Origin: Candidatus Melainabacteria bacterium
GTDB taxonomy: Bacteria; Cyanobacteriota; Vampirovibrionia; LMEP-6097
Assembly (NCBI GenBank): GCA_043787715.1
Contig: JAYVUR010000224.1
Span: 1 to 35,255 of the forward strand
Reading direction: 5' to 3'
Length of the DNA stretch: 35,255 nucleotides
In this document: piece after piece, positions 1-8,962 of the stretch
How the letters are laid out: each line of letters opens with the position of its first letter
Numbering within the stretch: position 1 is the first letter of the stretch
Made by a program: the position numbers and the translations under genes
Notes under the pieces: generated by a model
What the model was told of the DNA's origin: nothing
Seen by the model: the letters and a program-made list of their open reading frames with translations, nothing else
The model's database searches: none

Positions 1-1791
1 AACCAGATCAAGAGCCCAACCAATCACACCACTATCTTGCGGCAATGGGTAGCTGCGCGCTTCTTTAAGTTTATTAAGCGGCAAGAAAGTAGCTCTGCCA
101 GCTTTATTGTCTCTAAGAGTCTCTATACATTCTTGAGCGACATAATCATCATCTACAACTACCGCTCTAAGACGTGCTCCAGCAGCAGTTTCTACCGCTA
201 CTTGATATTTAGGATCAACCGAACCAAGCTGCACTAAAGTTCCATGCACTCCGTCCATCTTTAAGACCATCTCGACAGCTCTACCGAAACCAGCAGCACC
301 TTCGGCCTGCTCTTGACCTTCAAGCTGGTCAAGCTTACTTTGCACTGCACGTAATTTACGTTCTTGATTAACCAATTCTTCGCGCGTTTGTTTTTGTTCT
401 TCTTTGAGGTTCTCTAGATTTCGCATCTGAAAACTAATCTGTTCGCGCAGCGCATCAAGATCCATAGCCCCACCAGATTTACGGCGTATTTCTTCAAGCT
501 TCTCTAATAATTTTTCCGCTTCGTTCTTATGCTTACCAAGATCTTCATTGATAAGTTTAATTTGCTCTTCAAGACGCGCCTTCTCATTCTCAAAACCAGA
601 CTTCTCATCTTTAAGTTTATTAGCCTTGTCTTGAGTTTCTATGACCGCTTGAGTGCTGACATTGCCAGTGGCACTCTTAGAGCGGATCTTAGCCTGCAAA
701 GCTTGATATTTCTCTTCTTCTTCACGAATATTTATTTCAATAGTTGCAACTTCTTGTCCAAATTCTTTTTCCTTAAAATCTATAGACTTCAAGCTATCTT
801 TGAGTGCTTTAATTTCTTTCTCTAACTTACGTTGCTGAGCAAGCTGATCTTCGATTTGCTTAAGCACATATTCAAGACTACTCTCTTCACGCGCCAGATT
901 CTCACGGCAGTCCTCACGCTGAAGCCCTAACTGCTTCTGCTTACCTTCACCAAGTACTTCTATCTCATTACTTAGTTGCGTCAGCTCATCCTGCATGCGC
1001 ACCATATCTTCATTAATGGTGTTGTTCTCGATTTGCAGATCATTTCTAAGCTTCTTAAGATCTTCAAGTTCTTGACTCGTACGCGCTTCTTCATCGCGAA
1101 TCTGCTTAATGCGCACTGCTAAGAACTGCTTCTCAAGCTCGCTACGACGCTCTTTTAGTTCAGCATAAATAACCGCTTGATCGCGCTCTGTCTGCAGGGT
1201 TGCTAAACGCTCCTTAAGCTCACGCAGAATAACTTCTTGGCTCTGAATACGCTCAAGCACAACAGCAAGCTCTCTATTAGCCAGTTCTATCTTGCGATCA
1301 AACTCAGCGACACCAGCGATCTCATCAACGATCTTGCGTCTATCAACAGAGTTCATGCTGATGATAGAAGCGACGTCACCTTGCATCACCACATTAAAAC
1401 CACGCGGACTAATATTGTAGTGACCAAGTTTGTCGTGAATTTGAGTAAGAGTGCTGGCTTCACCATTCAGCATATATTTGCTGTCATAGCCATTAGTCTT
1501 AACGCGCACAGTACGTTCTACTACTAGTTCATTATTAGTAGTATCTTCAATAAAAGTAACTTTGACCGAACATTCTTTACGCCCAGTAAGGTTATTAAGT
1601 AGATCTGTAAGTCTCTCTGCGCGCATATTACGCGTGCTAGTAAGACCAAGTGCGAACATCAGCGAATCGACAACGTTAGATTTACCAGATCCGTTGGGAC
1701 CAGAAACCGTGGTAAAACCGGGCAACATCGGGATTGTAGTTATTTCGCCGAAGCTTTTAAAATTATCTAGTTCTATCTCTTTTATGCGCAT
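1..1791 (-). CDS. smc: Chromosome segregation protein SMC, N-terminal about 597 aa (gene continues past the left edge of the window)
   Basis: My own translation of the minus strand from ATG at 1791 gives MRIKEIELDNFKSFGEITTIPMLPGFTTVSGPNGSGKSNVVDSL (Walker A). This is followed by long heptad-rich coiled coil and a hinge-like VHGTLVQLGSVDPKYQVAVETAAGARL. The frame stays open to base 1. It is absent from the ORF track because it has no stop in the window. Confidence 0.9.
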   Translation of the reverse strand, partial: MRIKEIELDNFKSFGEITTIPMLPGFTTVSGPNGSGKSNVVDSLMFALGLTSTRNMRAERLTDLLNNLTGRKECSVKVTFIEDTTNNELVVERTVRVKTNGYDSKYMLNGEASTLTQIHDKLGHYNISPRGFNVVMQGDVASIISMNSVDRRKIVDEIAGVAEFDRKIELANRELAVVLERIQSQEVILRELKERLATLQTERDQAVIYAELKERRSELEKQFLAVRIKQIRDEEARTSQELEDLKKLRNDLQIENNTINEDMVRMQDELTQLSNEIEVLGEGKQKQLGLQREDCRENLAREESSLEYVLKQIEDQLAQQRKLEKEIKALKDSLKSIDFKEKEFGQEVATIEINIREEEEKYQALQAKIRSKSATGNVSTQAVIETQDKANKLKDEKSGFENEKARLEEQIKLINEDLGKHKNEAEKLLEKLEEIRRKSGGAMDLDALREQISFQMRNLENLKEEQKQTREELVNQERKLRAVQSKLDQLEGQEQAEGAAGFGRAVEMVLKMDGVHGTLVQLGSVDPKYQVAVETAAGARLRAVVVDDDYVAQECIETLRDNKAGRATFLPLNKLKEARSYPLPQDSGVIGWALDLV

Positions 1792-2040
1792 CGTATTAAA
1801 AGCCCCTATAGAGGCTAGTTTTTGCCCCTGACTATATTTTTAGGTCAAGGACGGGTTTTGTAAAGAGCAGTCAATATAAGACCGCTGATTAAATTGTATC
1901 ATGCCGCCCCCAATGTGTATTACATAAAATTTCTTATTTTCGACAGCTTATTTTGCTATGAAATTCGGCTCAAGAGCAGTTAATCTATATCTATATCCCT
2001 AAATACAAACCCTGAAAAACCCCAAGGAAAACAAACATCA

Positions 2041-3969
2041 ATGCAAACCGAAACCATCACCAATGAAAGCAAGAAGCCAACCATAGTCGAAGCCCTATCA
2101 GACAACAATCTCGGCATGGCTCGCGATTTATTGCTTGAAGAGGTGGCGCTGGAGGTGCATCAGAAAAAAAGCTGGGATTCTCCTCAATACCGCGGCGACA
2201 AGGGCGTGCAAAAAAGCATAACGCTGGATCATAGCCGCGACAAAAACATGACTTTCTTCGGATTGGAAACTCTTAAGAGTAGATATTTCTTGAGAGATGC
2301 CAAAAGCAAGATTTGTGAAGATGTACAGAACTTCTTCGCTAGGGTAGCTACCGGTGTAGCGCGTGGTGATAAAGAACTCGCTCAAGATCTTTATGACTTG
2401 ATGTCTAAAAATCATTTTATGCCAGCGACTCCAGTGCTGACTAATGCTGCCACCAGCCGCGGCGCCCAGATCAGTTGCTTCTTGAATATAGTCGGTGACT
2501 CGATTTCAGATATTTTTAAAACCTTCGAAGAGAATGCTTTCCTTGCTAAAGGCGGCGGCGGCATCGGTACCAATTGGTCGCAAGTGCGCGGACATAATTC
2601 TCAATTAAGTTCTGGCGGTAGATCATCTGGCACTATACCTTTCTTAAAGGTTATGGATAGCGCTACTCTTGCTGTTTCTCAAGGCAACACTCGCAGAGGT
2701 GCAGCGGCTGTCTATATGGATATTCATCACCCTGATGTTGAAGAATTCGTGGATTTACGCAAACCAACTGGCGGTGATGACAATCGCAGATGCTTGAATT
2801 TACATCATGGACTAATTATCACTGACGAATTTATGCGCGCAGTTAAAGCCAAAACTAGTTTTGATCTACGTTGCCCGCATACTGGCGAAGTAATGAGCAC
2901 TATCGACGCCTTCGATATCTGGAAAAAAATCCTCAAGAACCGCGTTGAAACTGGCGAACCATATCTAATGTTCGGCGATACTGTTAATAAAGCAGTCCCT
3001 GAGCACCACAGAGAGAAAGGTCTAATGGTCAACCAATCTAACCTCTGCTCAGAAATCACCCTACCTACTAATAGAGAACGTTCAGCGGTTTGCTGCCTAG
3101 GTTCTCTTAACCTAGAAACCTGGGATGAATGGGAAGCCGATAAAGACAAAGTTATATTCACCGCTGTTAAAGCCTTGGATAATATCCTTGATAATTTTAT
3201 TTATGGTGTTGATTCACGTGACTATAAGCGTGCTATCTATTCAGCTCAGCGAGAGCGTTCTATCGGACTGGGGGTGATGGGTTATCACGGCGTGCTGATG
3301 CGCAAACGTATTCCATTCGAGAGTGTACAAGCACGTGCCCTCAACAAACTCATGTTCAAAGCGATCAACGAAGCCGCCAAGTCTGCTTCGCGACAGCTCG
3401 CTGATGAACGCGGTGCTTGCCCAGATGGCGGCGATCAGCGCAACAGCTATATTATGGCTATTGCTCCGACTGCTAATATTTCGGTGATTTGTGGTGGCGC
3501 AACTCCGTGTATAGAGCCTATCGCCGGTAATGCCTACCTGCAAAAAACTCTTAGTGGTAGCTTCCTCGTAAAAAATCCTTACCTCGAAGAATTACTCGAA
3601 GAGAAGGGTAAAAACACCGCTGAGATCTGGCGCGAAATCATTCAATACAAAGGTAGTGTTCGCAGTCTGGATTTCCTCTCTGCTGAAGAGAAAGCTATTT
3701 TCAAAACAGGTTATGAATTGAATATGCGCGAAGTAGTGATCCACGCAGCCGAGAGACAGAAGTATATCTGCCAAGCACAATCATTAAATCTGTTCTTCAG
3801 ATCACCAGTCAGCGGCAAAGAATTGCACGAAGTGCATGCTATGGCTCATGATCTTGGCGTGAAGACTCTTTACTATCTGCGCTCTGAACCTATTATTAAT
3901 GCCGACTCTGTCGATGACACTTCTGTCAGCAGACAAGTGAACTCAGAAGAGTGTGCGGTGTGTCAGTAG
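2041..3969 (+). CDS. nrdA: Ribonucleoside-diphosphate reductase, class I alpha (large) subunit, without an ATP-cone
   Basis: 642 aa. It has the QSNLCSEITLPT thiyl-radical loop (E. coli NrdA has QSNLCLEIALPT; class II enzymes have NPCGE). It also has PATPVLTNAAT...ISCFL, GGGGIGTNWS and a C-terminal Cys pair CAVCQ. No KRDG-type ATP-cone is present at the N-terminus. Confidence 0.85.
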   Translation: MQTETITNESKKPTIVEALSDNNLGMARDLLLEEVALEVHQKKSWDSPQYRGDKGVQKSITLDHSRDKNMTFFGLETLKSRYFLRDAKSKICEDVQNFFARVATGVARGDKELAQDLYDLMSKNHFMPATPVLTNAATSRGAQISCFLNIVGDSISDIFKTFEENAFLAKGGGGIGTNWSQVRGHNSQLSSGGRSSGTIPFLKVMDSATLAVSQGNTRRGAAAVYMDIHHPDVEEFVDLRKPTGGDDNRRCLNLHHGLIITDEFMRAVKAKTSFDLRCPHTGEVMSTIDAFDIWKKILKNRVETGEPYLMFGDTVNKAVPEHHREKGLMVNQSNLCSEITLPTNRERSAVCCLGSLNLETWDEWEADKDKVIFTAVKALDNILDNFIYGVDSRDYKRAIYSAQRERSIGLGVMGYHGVLMRKRIPFESVQARALNKLMFKAINEAAKSASRQLADERGACPDGGDQRNSYIMAIAPTANISVICGGATPCIEPIAGNAYLQKTLSGSFLVKNPYLEELLEEKGKNTAEIWREIIQYKGSVRSLDFLSAEEKAIFKTGYELNMREVVIHAAERQKYICQAQSLNLFFRSPVSGKELHEVHAMAHDLGVKTLYYLRSEPIINADSVDDTSVSRQVNSEECAVCQ

Positions 3970-3998
3970 CAAAAACATGACTGACGTCATGTTTTTGC
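3969..3998. terminator. Bidirectional stem-loop between convergent genes (13-bp perfect stem, 4-nt loop)
   Basis: gcaaaaacatgac-tgac-gtcatgtttttgc begins at the last base of the nrdA stop codon. T5 and A5 runs lie in the arms. It sits between the + strand nrdA and the - strand ORF 4040-4582. Confidence 0.6.
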
Positions 3999-4039
3999 AC
4001 TGCAAGCTACGAACGTAAAATTTGTACTAATTAGGTTGA

Positions 4040-4582
4040 CTAAGCGCGGGCTGTTGCAGGAATTAAACCTTTCGCGATGCCACCCTCAAGCTGCTGCGTT
4101 AATTCAGCAACAGAATTAGCAGCTCTACTAGCAACGCCCTCCCCAATCTTGAATAAATTAAATCCAGCAAACATCCCCATAATACTTGCCCAAGCATTGC
4201 GAGCTACTTTTAACACTGGCTCAAAGAAACTTGTTGATTTGATTGGGGCGGTAATCGTAGCTGTTGTCATAGTCGAAACCCTATTTGCAGCATCTTGAGA
4301 TATTGGCTTAATAGCAATCATATTATTAGATACTAATGGGTTATGAAGGGAACTTTTTATAGTCATGCTTCCAATGTAGACAGGTCTTTGAACAGTAGAA
4401 GAATTACTGGTCCTGCTTAAATCAGTCTTATTTAAGTTGGCAAGAACCTGACTAGATAAAAGTCTTTGTTCCTTAGTAAAAACACTTGGGGCCTTCTGGC
4501 CCACAGCAAACGTATTCGACGAAGGTAACGAACTTATTCTATCTGTAGAAGTCTGAACCATAACCAGCCTGCCAAACAGCAA
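4040..4582 (-). CDS. Hypothetical protein, S/T/N-rich, with a C-terminal amphipathic or hydrophobic segment
   Basis: 180-aa ORF with no recognisable motif and low-complexity N-terminal two-thirds. It is co-directional with the upstream orphan 4629-5792 and 46 bp from it. The start codon is uncertain. Confidence 0.45.
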   Translation of the reverse strand: MLFGRLVMVQTSTDRISSLPSSNTFAVGQKAPSVFTKEQRLLSSQVLANLNKTDLSRTSNSSTVQRPVYIGSMTIKSSLHNPLVSNNMIAIKPISQDAANRVSTMTTATITAPIKSTSFFEPVLKVARNAWASIMGMFAGFNLFKIGEGVASRAANSVAELTQQLEGGIAKGLIPATARA

Positions 4583-4628
4583 CGCTAGGGTATATTATTA
4601 ATCTTTCCTTTAGAATTGTCAAGTGCCA

Positions 4629-5792
4629 TTAATGAATTACTTTAGCTTTCGCTATTTCAACAATTGGCGCCTGAGGGAGGCAATTTTTCCCTAACTTTAA
4701 TAGCCCTGCCAGATGCTCACTTATATCTTGACCAACAACAATTGGTAACAATACTTCCCCATGGGGTACACTGGATAAAATTTGTCCAGCCTTATGCGCT
4801 ATTGATTTTGCAATTTTGGGACCATTGGATTTTTGTATATTTTCGTATAATAGGGCCATCTTAGCTCTAATACGATCTTGATCATTACCCAACGTGGAAT
4901 CGGAGAGAAAGAATCTGCCTGGATGAGTATTCAAGCCTAATAAAATTAATTCAGGAATTATCACATTAAACATGTGCCTATGCCTATCATCTTCACCAGC
5001 AGCCCGAACATTTAGACCAACTTTACGAGCAGCCTCTACTGTATTAGAAGCTCTTGTTAAATTATTCAATTGATCTGAACCTATCTCTAATGCATGATAA
5101 AACGGTGGCTGCATAGAAGGAAAATCATTACCTTTTTGAATTACCTCAAGAGCGTAAGTATAAAAATCTACGGCTTCAGAACCTACTAATCCCTCAACCA
5201 AGTGCGCCCGATTGGTCGAGTGATCATGAAACCACGAATTACTATGATCATATCTACGTTCATAATCAAAAAGGGCTGAAAGCTCACCAGGTTTCCCCAA
5301 CTTTCCATCAAGTTCCTTATTATCCGCAAGCATCAGACTATCAACGGCATAACCCTGATGTGGATTACTCCTTAATGTTAAAGCTGCTAATAAAGCTACT
5401 AAAGCATTTATTGTAGCTGCGTGCTCCCTGCTATCACCCGAAGTATTAGCTTTTGAAGATGTCTCGATTAATACTCCTGATACTGGTTCTACACTATCAC
5501 TACCAAAAAGAACTTGTCTTGAAGCCGATGCCCAAGCATTATAGATATCCGCAACGTCTTTCGCATAAGTTCTAACCTTAGTCTCAACACCAGGGCTTCT
5601 GATTGCTTCTTCTAGATTTCTTGATTCATGAAGTCTTTTTAGCAATTCCTCTGGAGTTAATGCTCCAGCACTTGGTTTCTGTCTATGAAAAGAGGGTATA
5701 GTTATCAATACCGTCTTACTATGGGGCTGAACCCCTCTCACAGACAATGAATCTACGGTCAATTCGCTCAAATATACCCCCCAACAGGTCAT
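4629..5792 (-). CDS. Hypothetical protein (387 aa), no recognisable family
   Basis: Long ORF with no competing frame and no signal peptide. His-rich patches (DHSNSWFHDHSTNRAH, DDRHRHMF) might be metal ligands, but this is inference only. Confidence 0.6.
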   Translation of the reverse strand: MTCWGVYLSELTVDSLSVRGVQPHSKTVLITIPSFHRQKPSAGALTPEELLKRLHESRNLEEAIRSPGVETKVRTYAKDVADIYNAWASASRQVLFGSDSVEPVSGVLIETSSKANTSGDSREHAATINALVALLAALTLRSNPHQGYAVDSLMLADNKELDGKLGKPGELSALFDYERRYDHSNSWFHDHSTNRAHLVEGLVGSEAVDFYTYALEVIQKGNDFPSMQPPFYHALEIGSDQLNNLTRASNTVEAARKVGLNVRAAGEDDRHRHMFNVIIPELILLGLNTHPGRFFLSDSTLGNDQDRIRAKMALLYENIQKSNGPKIAKSIAHKAGQILSSVPHGEVLLPIVVGQDISEHLAGLLKLGKNCLPQAPIVEIAKAKVIH

Positions 5793-5929
5793 TACAGACC
5801 ACTGATCCTCAATAGCCTGTAACTAAACAGTATAACAGATTTAAAATAACAATAGGGTATCTCTGCTAACTATTTAATTCTAATATTAATTCAATTTATG
5901 GAACTAATTATAAAGTAAATCTAAAGAAA

Positions 5930-5958
5930 TTGTAAAGGTGTTAGAATAAAATTATACT
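5930..5958 (+). promoter_or_regulatory. Sigma-70-like promoter TTGTAA-17 nt-TATACT, positioned for a leaderless ybaB transcript
   Basis: -35 at 5930-5935 and -10 at 5953-5958. The ybaB ATG at 5964 lies 6 nt after the -10 box, and there is no SD sequence. Confidence 0.4.
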
Positions 5959-5963
5959 AATCT

Positions 5964-6266
5964 ATGGATAAAGAAGATCTTAAAAAAGCCATGCAGAAAG
6001 CGCAATCAGTACAAATAGGGCTTGTTAGCGCGCAAAAAGAACTTGCTGATAAAGATATAGAAGCTAGTTCAGCAAATGGTTTGGTTAGTCTAATTATGAG
6101 TGCGGAAGGACAATACAAGTCTCTAAAAATAGATCCACAAGCATTAAAATTTTCTCATCAAGTGCTGGAGGAATCTGTATTACAGGCAATTAACGATGCC
6201 AGCCAAAAAGCCGCCGAGCTAACTCGCGCGAAGCTTTCTGAACTTACTAAGCAGCTTGGCCTTTAA
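5964..6266 (+). CDS. ybaB: Nucleoid-associated protein YbaB/EbfC
   Basis: 100 aa, with typical size and sequence (…ANGLVSLIMSAEGQYKSLKIDPQAL…). It shows the conserved ybaB-recR synteny. Confidence 0.85.
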   Translation: MDKEDLKKAMQKAQSVQIGLVSAQKELADKDIEASSANGLVSLIMSAEGQYKSLKIDPQALKFSHQVLEESVLQAINDASQKAAELTRAKLSELTKQLGL

Positions 6267-6288
6267 TCAGGCGTATCATTAAGTAAGT

Positions 6289-6918
6289 TTGGAGTATACG
6301 CGCGCACTAGCAGATCTAATAGAAGAGTTTCGTAAGTTCCCCGGAGTTGGACCTAAGTCCGCGCAACGTATGGCATTTGCGCTACTTAAAAAATCTCCTG
6401 AGCAAGTCGAAAAACTTTTAGCTACCGTGAAAGAAGCAAAAGACAATATCAAATATTGCACAGCTTGCTTCAACCTCACTAGCAATGAGGGTTTCTGCGA
6501 GATTTGTTTAGCGCGTGCTAACAGTGCAAAGCAAATTTGTGTGGTGGAGAATGTAACAGATCTAATCGCTGTTGAGCGCACTAAAGAATTCAATGGACTC
6601 TATCATGTACTGGGTGGTGTGATATCGCCACTTGATGGTATTGCTGCCACTGATTTGAATATCCCGCAACTCGTTAAACGAGTACAAAATTTTCTCAGTA
6701 ATGGCCAATTAGAATTAATTCTGGCCCTGGGCCTAAGCACCGAAGGTGAAGCCACGATCTTGTATCTGCGCAGGCTACTAGAACAGTCGCTAAGCAGTGA
6801 AGAAACTGGTTGGCTGCAGATAAGCAGACTCGCGCACGGACTGCCTGCTGGAGCAGATCTTGATTATACTGATGAATTGACATTGGCGCGAGCCTTGCAT
6901 GGACGGGTTTTGTGCTGA
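6289..6918 (+). CDS. recR: Recombination protein RecR
   Basis: LIEEFRKFPGVGPKSAQRMAF (helix-hairpin-helix), a C4 zinc-finger region CTACFNLTS..FCEIC, and a Toprim-like VVENVTDLIAVE. The start is TTG in the ORF track. Confidence 0.9.
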   Translation: MEYTRALADLIEEFRKFPGVGPKSAQRMAFALLKKSPEQVEKLLATVKEAKDNIKYCTACFNLTSNEGFCEICLARANSAKQICVVENVTDLIAVERTKEFNGLYHVLGGVISPLDGIAATDLNIPQLVKRVQNFLSNGQLELILALGLSTEGEATILYLRRLLEQSLSSEETGWLQISRLAHGLPAGADLDYTDELTLARALHGRVLC

Positions 6919-6950
6919 CATGGGGGTCCTTCGCTTCGCTCAGGATGACA
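6919..6950. repeat. Solo arm of the GGGRTCCTTCGCTNNGCTCAGGATGAC palindromic repeat family
   Basis: catgggggtccttcgcttcgctcaggatgaca lies immediately after the recR stop. The first 31 nt (6919-6949) are identical to 16631-16661. Confidence 0.85.
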
Positions 6951-6974
6951 TAGCTATGTTAGAATCTTGTTAAT

Positions 6975-7274
6975 ATGGGTTTATCTAGAGATGCTGTGCT
7001 CAAAATCGCGAACTTGGGCAGATTGCCTCTTGGTGAAGATGAGATCGGCAAGATGTCTAAAGATCTTGATGGGATCTTTGATTATGTAGGAACTCTCGGG
7101 GAACTAGATACGTCTAAGGTTGAGCCGATGGTCGGTGCTCTCGAGTTCACTCATGTGGTGCGCCCCGATGAAGTCGTTACGACCAGCAAAACTGAGCTTG
7201 CAGCAATGCTGGCGAACGAACCAGATTCTGAAGGTACTTACATTAAAGTACCGAAAATGACTAAGAGTAAATGA
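6975..7274 (+). CDS. gatC: Asp-tRNA(Asn)/Glu-tRNA(Gln) amidotransferase subunit C
   Basis: 99 aa; …[41 protein letters not shown]… is the typical GatC pattern. Confidence 0.85.
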   Translation: MGLSRDAVLKIANLGRLPLGEDEIGKMSKDLDGIFDYVGTLGELDTSKVEPMVGALEFTHVVRPDEVVTTSKTELAAMLANEPDSEGTYIKVPKMTKSK

Positions 7275-8962
7275 TGACGAAGTATGTTTTTATAACTGGT
7301 GGAGTTGTAAGTAGCCTTGGTAAAGGTATTGTGGCTTCGAGTCTTGGACGGCTTTTGCGCGAGCGTGGTATCAAGGTCTCAATCCAAAAACTAGATCCCT
7401 ACTTGAATGTGGATCCCGGTACTATGTCACCTTATCAGCATGGTGAAGTCTTCGTTACTGAAGATGGTGCTGAGACGGATCTTGATCTTGGGCACTACGA
7501 AAGATTTATTGACGCCAATCTTAAAAAATCTAACAGTGTTACTTCTGGGCGTATTTATTCTGATGTAATCTCCAAAGAAAGACGCGGTGAGTATCTAGGT
7601 GGAACCGTGCAAATGGTGCCGCATGTAACCAACGAAATCAAAGACAAAATCCGCAAAGCTGCTATTGAAAGTAAAGCTGAGATTTTAATTATCGAAGTGG
7701 GCGGTACTGTCGGTGATATCGAAAGTTCTATATTCTTGGAAGCCATACGCCAATTCCGCAAAGATGTAGGTAGCGATAACGTAGTCTACGTGCACGTTAC
7801 ACTGGTTCCTAATATCCGTGCTGCTAACGAGCTCAAGACTAAGCCTACTCAGCATAGCGTTGAAGTGCTGCGCTCTAAAGGTATTCAGCCTAATATTTTG
7901 GTGCTGCGCTCAGATAAACTTATCCCTAAATCACTTAGAGAGAAACTGAGTCTCTTCACCGACGTTGCTGCTGAAAATATAGTAGAGAGTAAAGATTGCA
8001 AATCTATCTACGAGGTGCCATTAGAACTCGAGAAAGAAGGTTTTGCTAATAGAGTACTTGAGGCTCTGCGCATGGAGAGCGCGGCACCGGATCTTGAGAA
8101 CTGGCGCATCACTGTCGATAAACTTAAAAACCCTAATAAGGGCAGTATTAGCGTAGGGATAGTAGGCAAATACGTTAAACTTAGTGACGCTTATATCTCT
8201 GTAATAGAGTCAATCAAACATGCAGCTGCAGAGAAAGGTTTTGAGCCAAATTTTAAGATGATACTCTCTGATGATATTGATACTTATGAAGATGCCGCTC
8301 GGCAACTTAGCGATCTTGATATGATTTGCATTCCCGGTGGTTTCGGCGATAGAGGGATAGAAGGTAAGCTGCTTGCGATACGTTATGCTCGTGAGAGCCG
8401 CAAACCATTATTAGGACTGTGCTTGGGCTTACAATGCTCTGTTATAGAATTTGCTCGTAATGTAGTAGGGCTGGCTAATGCTAATAGCGTTGAGTTCGCA
8501 CCACAATCACCATATCCAGTAATCAACCTGATGGAAGATCAAGCTGGTATAGAAGATAAGGGCGGTACCATGAGGCTAGGTAGATATCCCTGCAAACTCA
8601 AACCCGGTAGCATAGCAGAAGCTGCTTACCAAAACTGCAACACTTGGTGGACCGAGGCTGAGAACTTCACCGATAAGAATAATATCTACGAAAGACATAG
8701 ACATAGATATGAAGTGAATAATTTCTATAGAGAGAGGCTCGAAGAGAAGGGACTAGTCTTCTCTGGCACATCACCAGACGGACAGTTAGTAGAGATTATC
8801 GAATTGCCACGCTCAGTGCATCCTTGCTTCCTTGCTTCGCAATTCCATCCAGAGTTCAAGTCACGTCCGGGTAGACCGCATCCTCTGTTCCTAGAGACGG
8901 TTTCAGCGGCTATAAGAATTAAAACTGGCGTAGATAAACTAAATATTAGCCATCATCAGTAA
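7271..8962 (+). CDS. pyrG: CTP synthase
   Basis: [20 protein letters not shown]-terminus, and a GATase domain with GLCLGLQ and the HPEF motif. It overlaps the gatC stop by 4 nt (ATGA). Confidence 0.95.
   Translation: MMTKYVFITGGVVSSLGKGIVASSLGRLLRERGIKVSIQKLDPYLNVDPGTMSPYQHGEVFVTEDGAETDLDLGHYERFIDANLKKSNSVTSGRIYSDVISKERRGEYLGGTVQMVPHVTNEIKDKIRKAAIESKAEILIIEVGGTVGDIESSIFLEAIRQFRKDVGSDNVVYVHVTLVPNIRAANELKTKPTQHSVEVLRSKGIQPNILVLRSDKLIPKSLREKLSLFTDVAAENIVESKDCKSIYEVPLELEKEGFANRVLEALRMESAAPDLENWRITVDKLKNPNKGSISVGIVGKYVKLSDAYISVIESIKHAAAEKGFEPNFKMILSDDIDTYEDAARQLSDLDMICIPGGFGDRGIEGKLLAIRYARESRKPLLGLCLGLQCSVIEFARNVVGLANANSVEFAPQSPYPVINLMEDQAGIEDKGGTMRLGRYPCKLKPGSIAEAAYQNCNTWWTEAENFTDKNNIYERHRHRYEVNNFYRERLEEKGLVFSGTSPDGQLVEIIELPRSVHPCFLASQFHPEFKSRPGRPHPLFLETVSAAIRIKTGVDKLNISHHQ

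Noticed and set aside
2128-3780. Antisense ORFs inside nrdA (2128-2415, 2805-3161, 3241-3543, 3592-3780). Similar shadow ORFs occur inside other long genes (for example 9348-9659, 11652-11924, 12350-12544, 17640-18044, 20170-20866, 24495-25520, 25692-26337, 28117-28870, 33855-34130).
   Set aside because: Each lies wholly within, and antisense to or out of frame with, a gene that has strong family motifs or a much longer ORF. Their compositions are low-complexity, with no start context.
2041-3969. Class II (B12-dependent, NrdJ) assignment for the stand-alone RNR gene, and a B12 riboswitch or NrdR box in its leader.
   Set aside because: The radical loop is NLCSEI (class I) rather than NPCGE, and a C-terminal CxxC tail is present. 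The leader has no B12-box or 16-bp NrdR palindrome that I could see.
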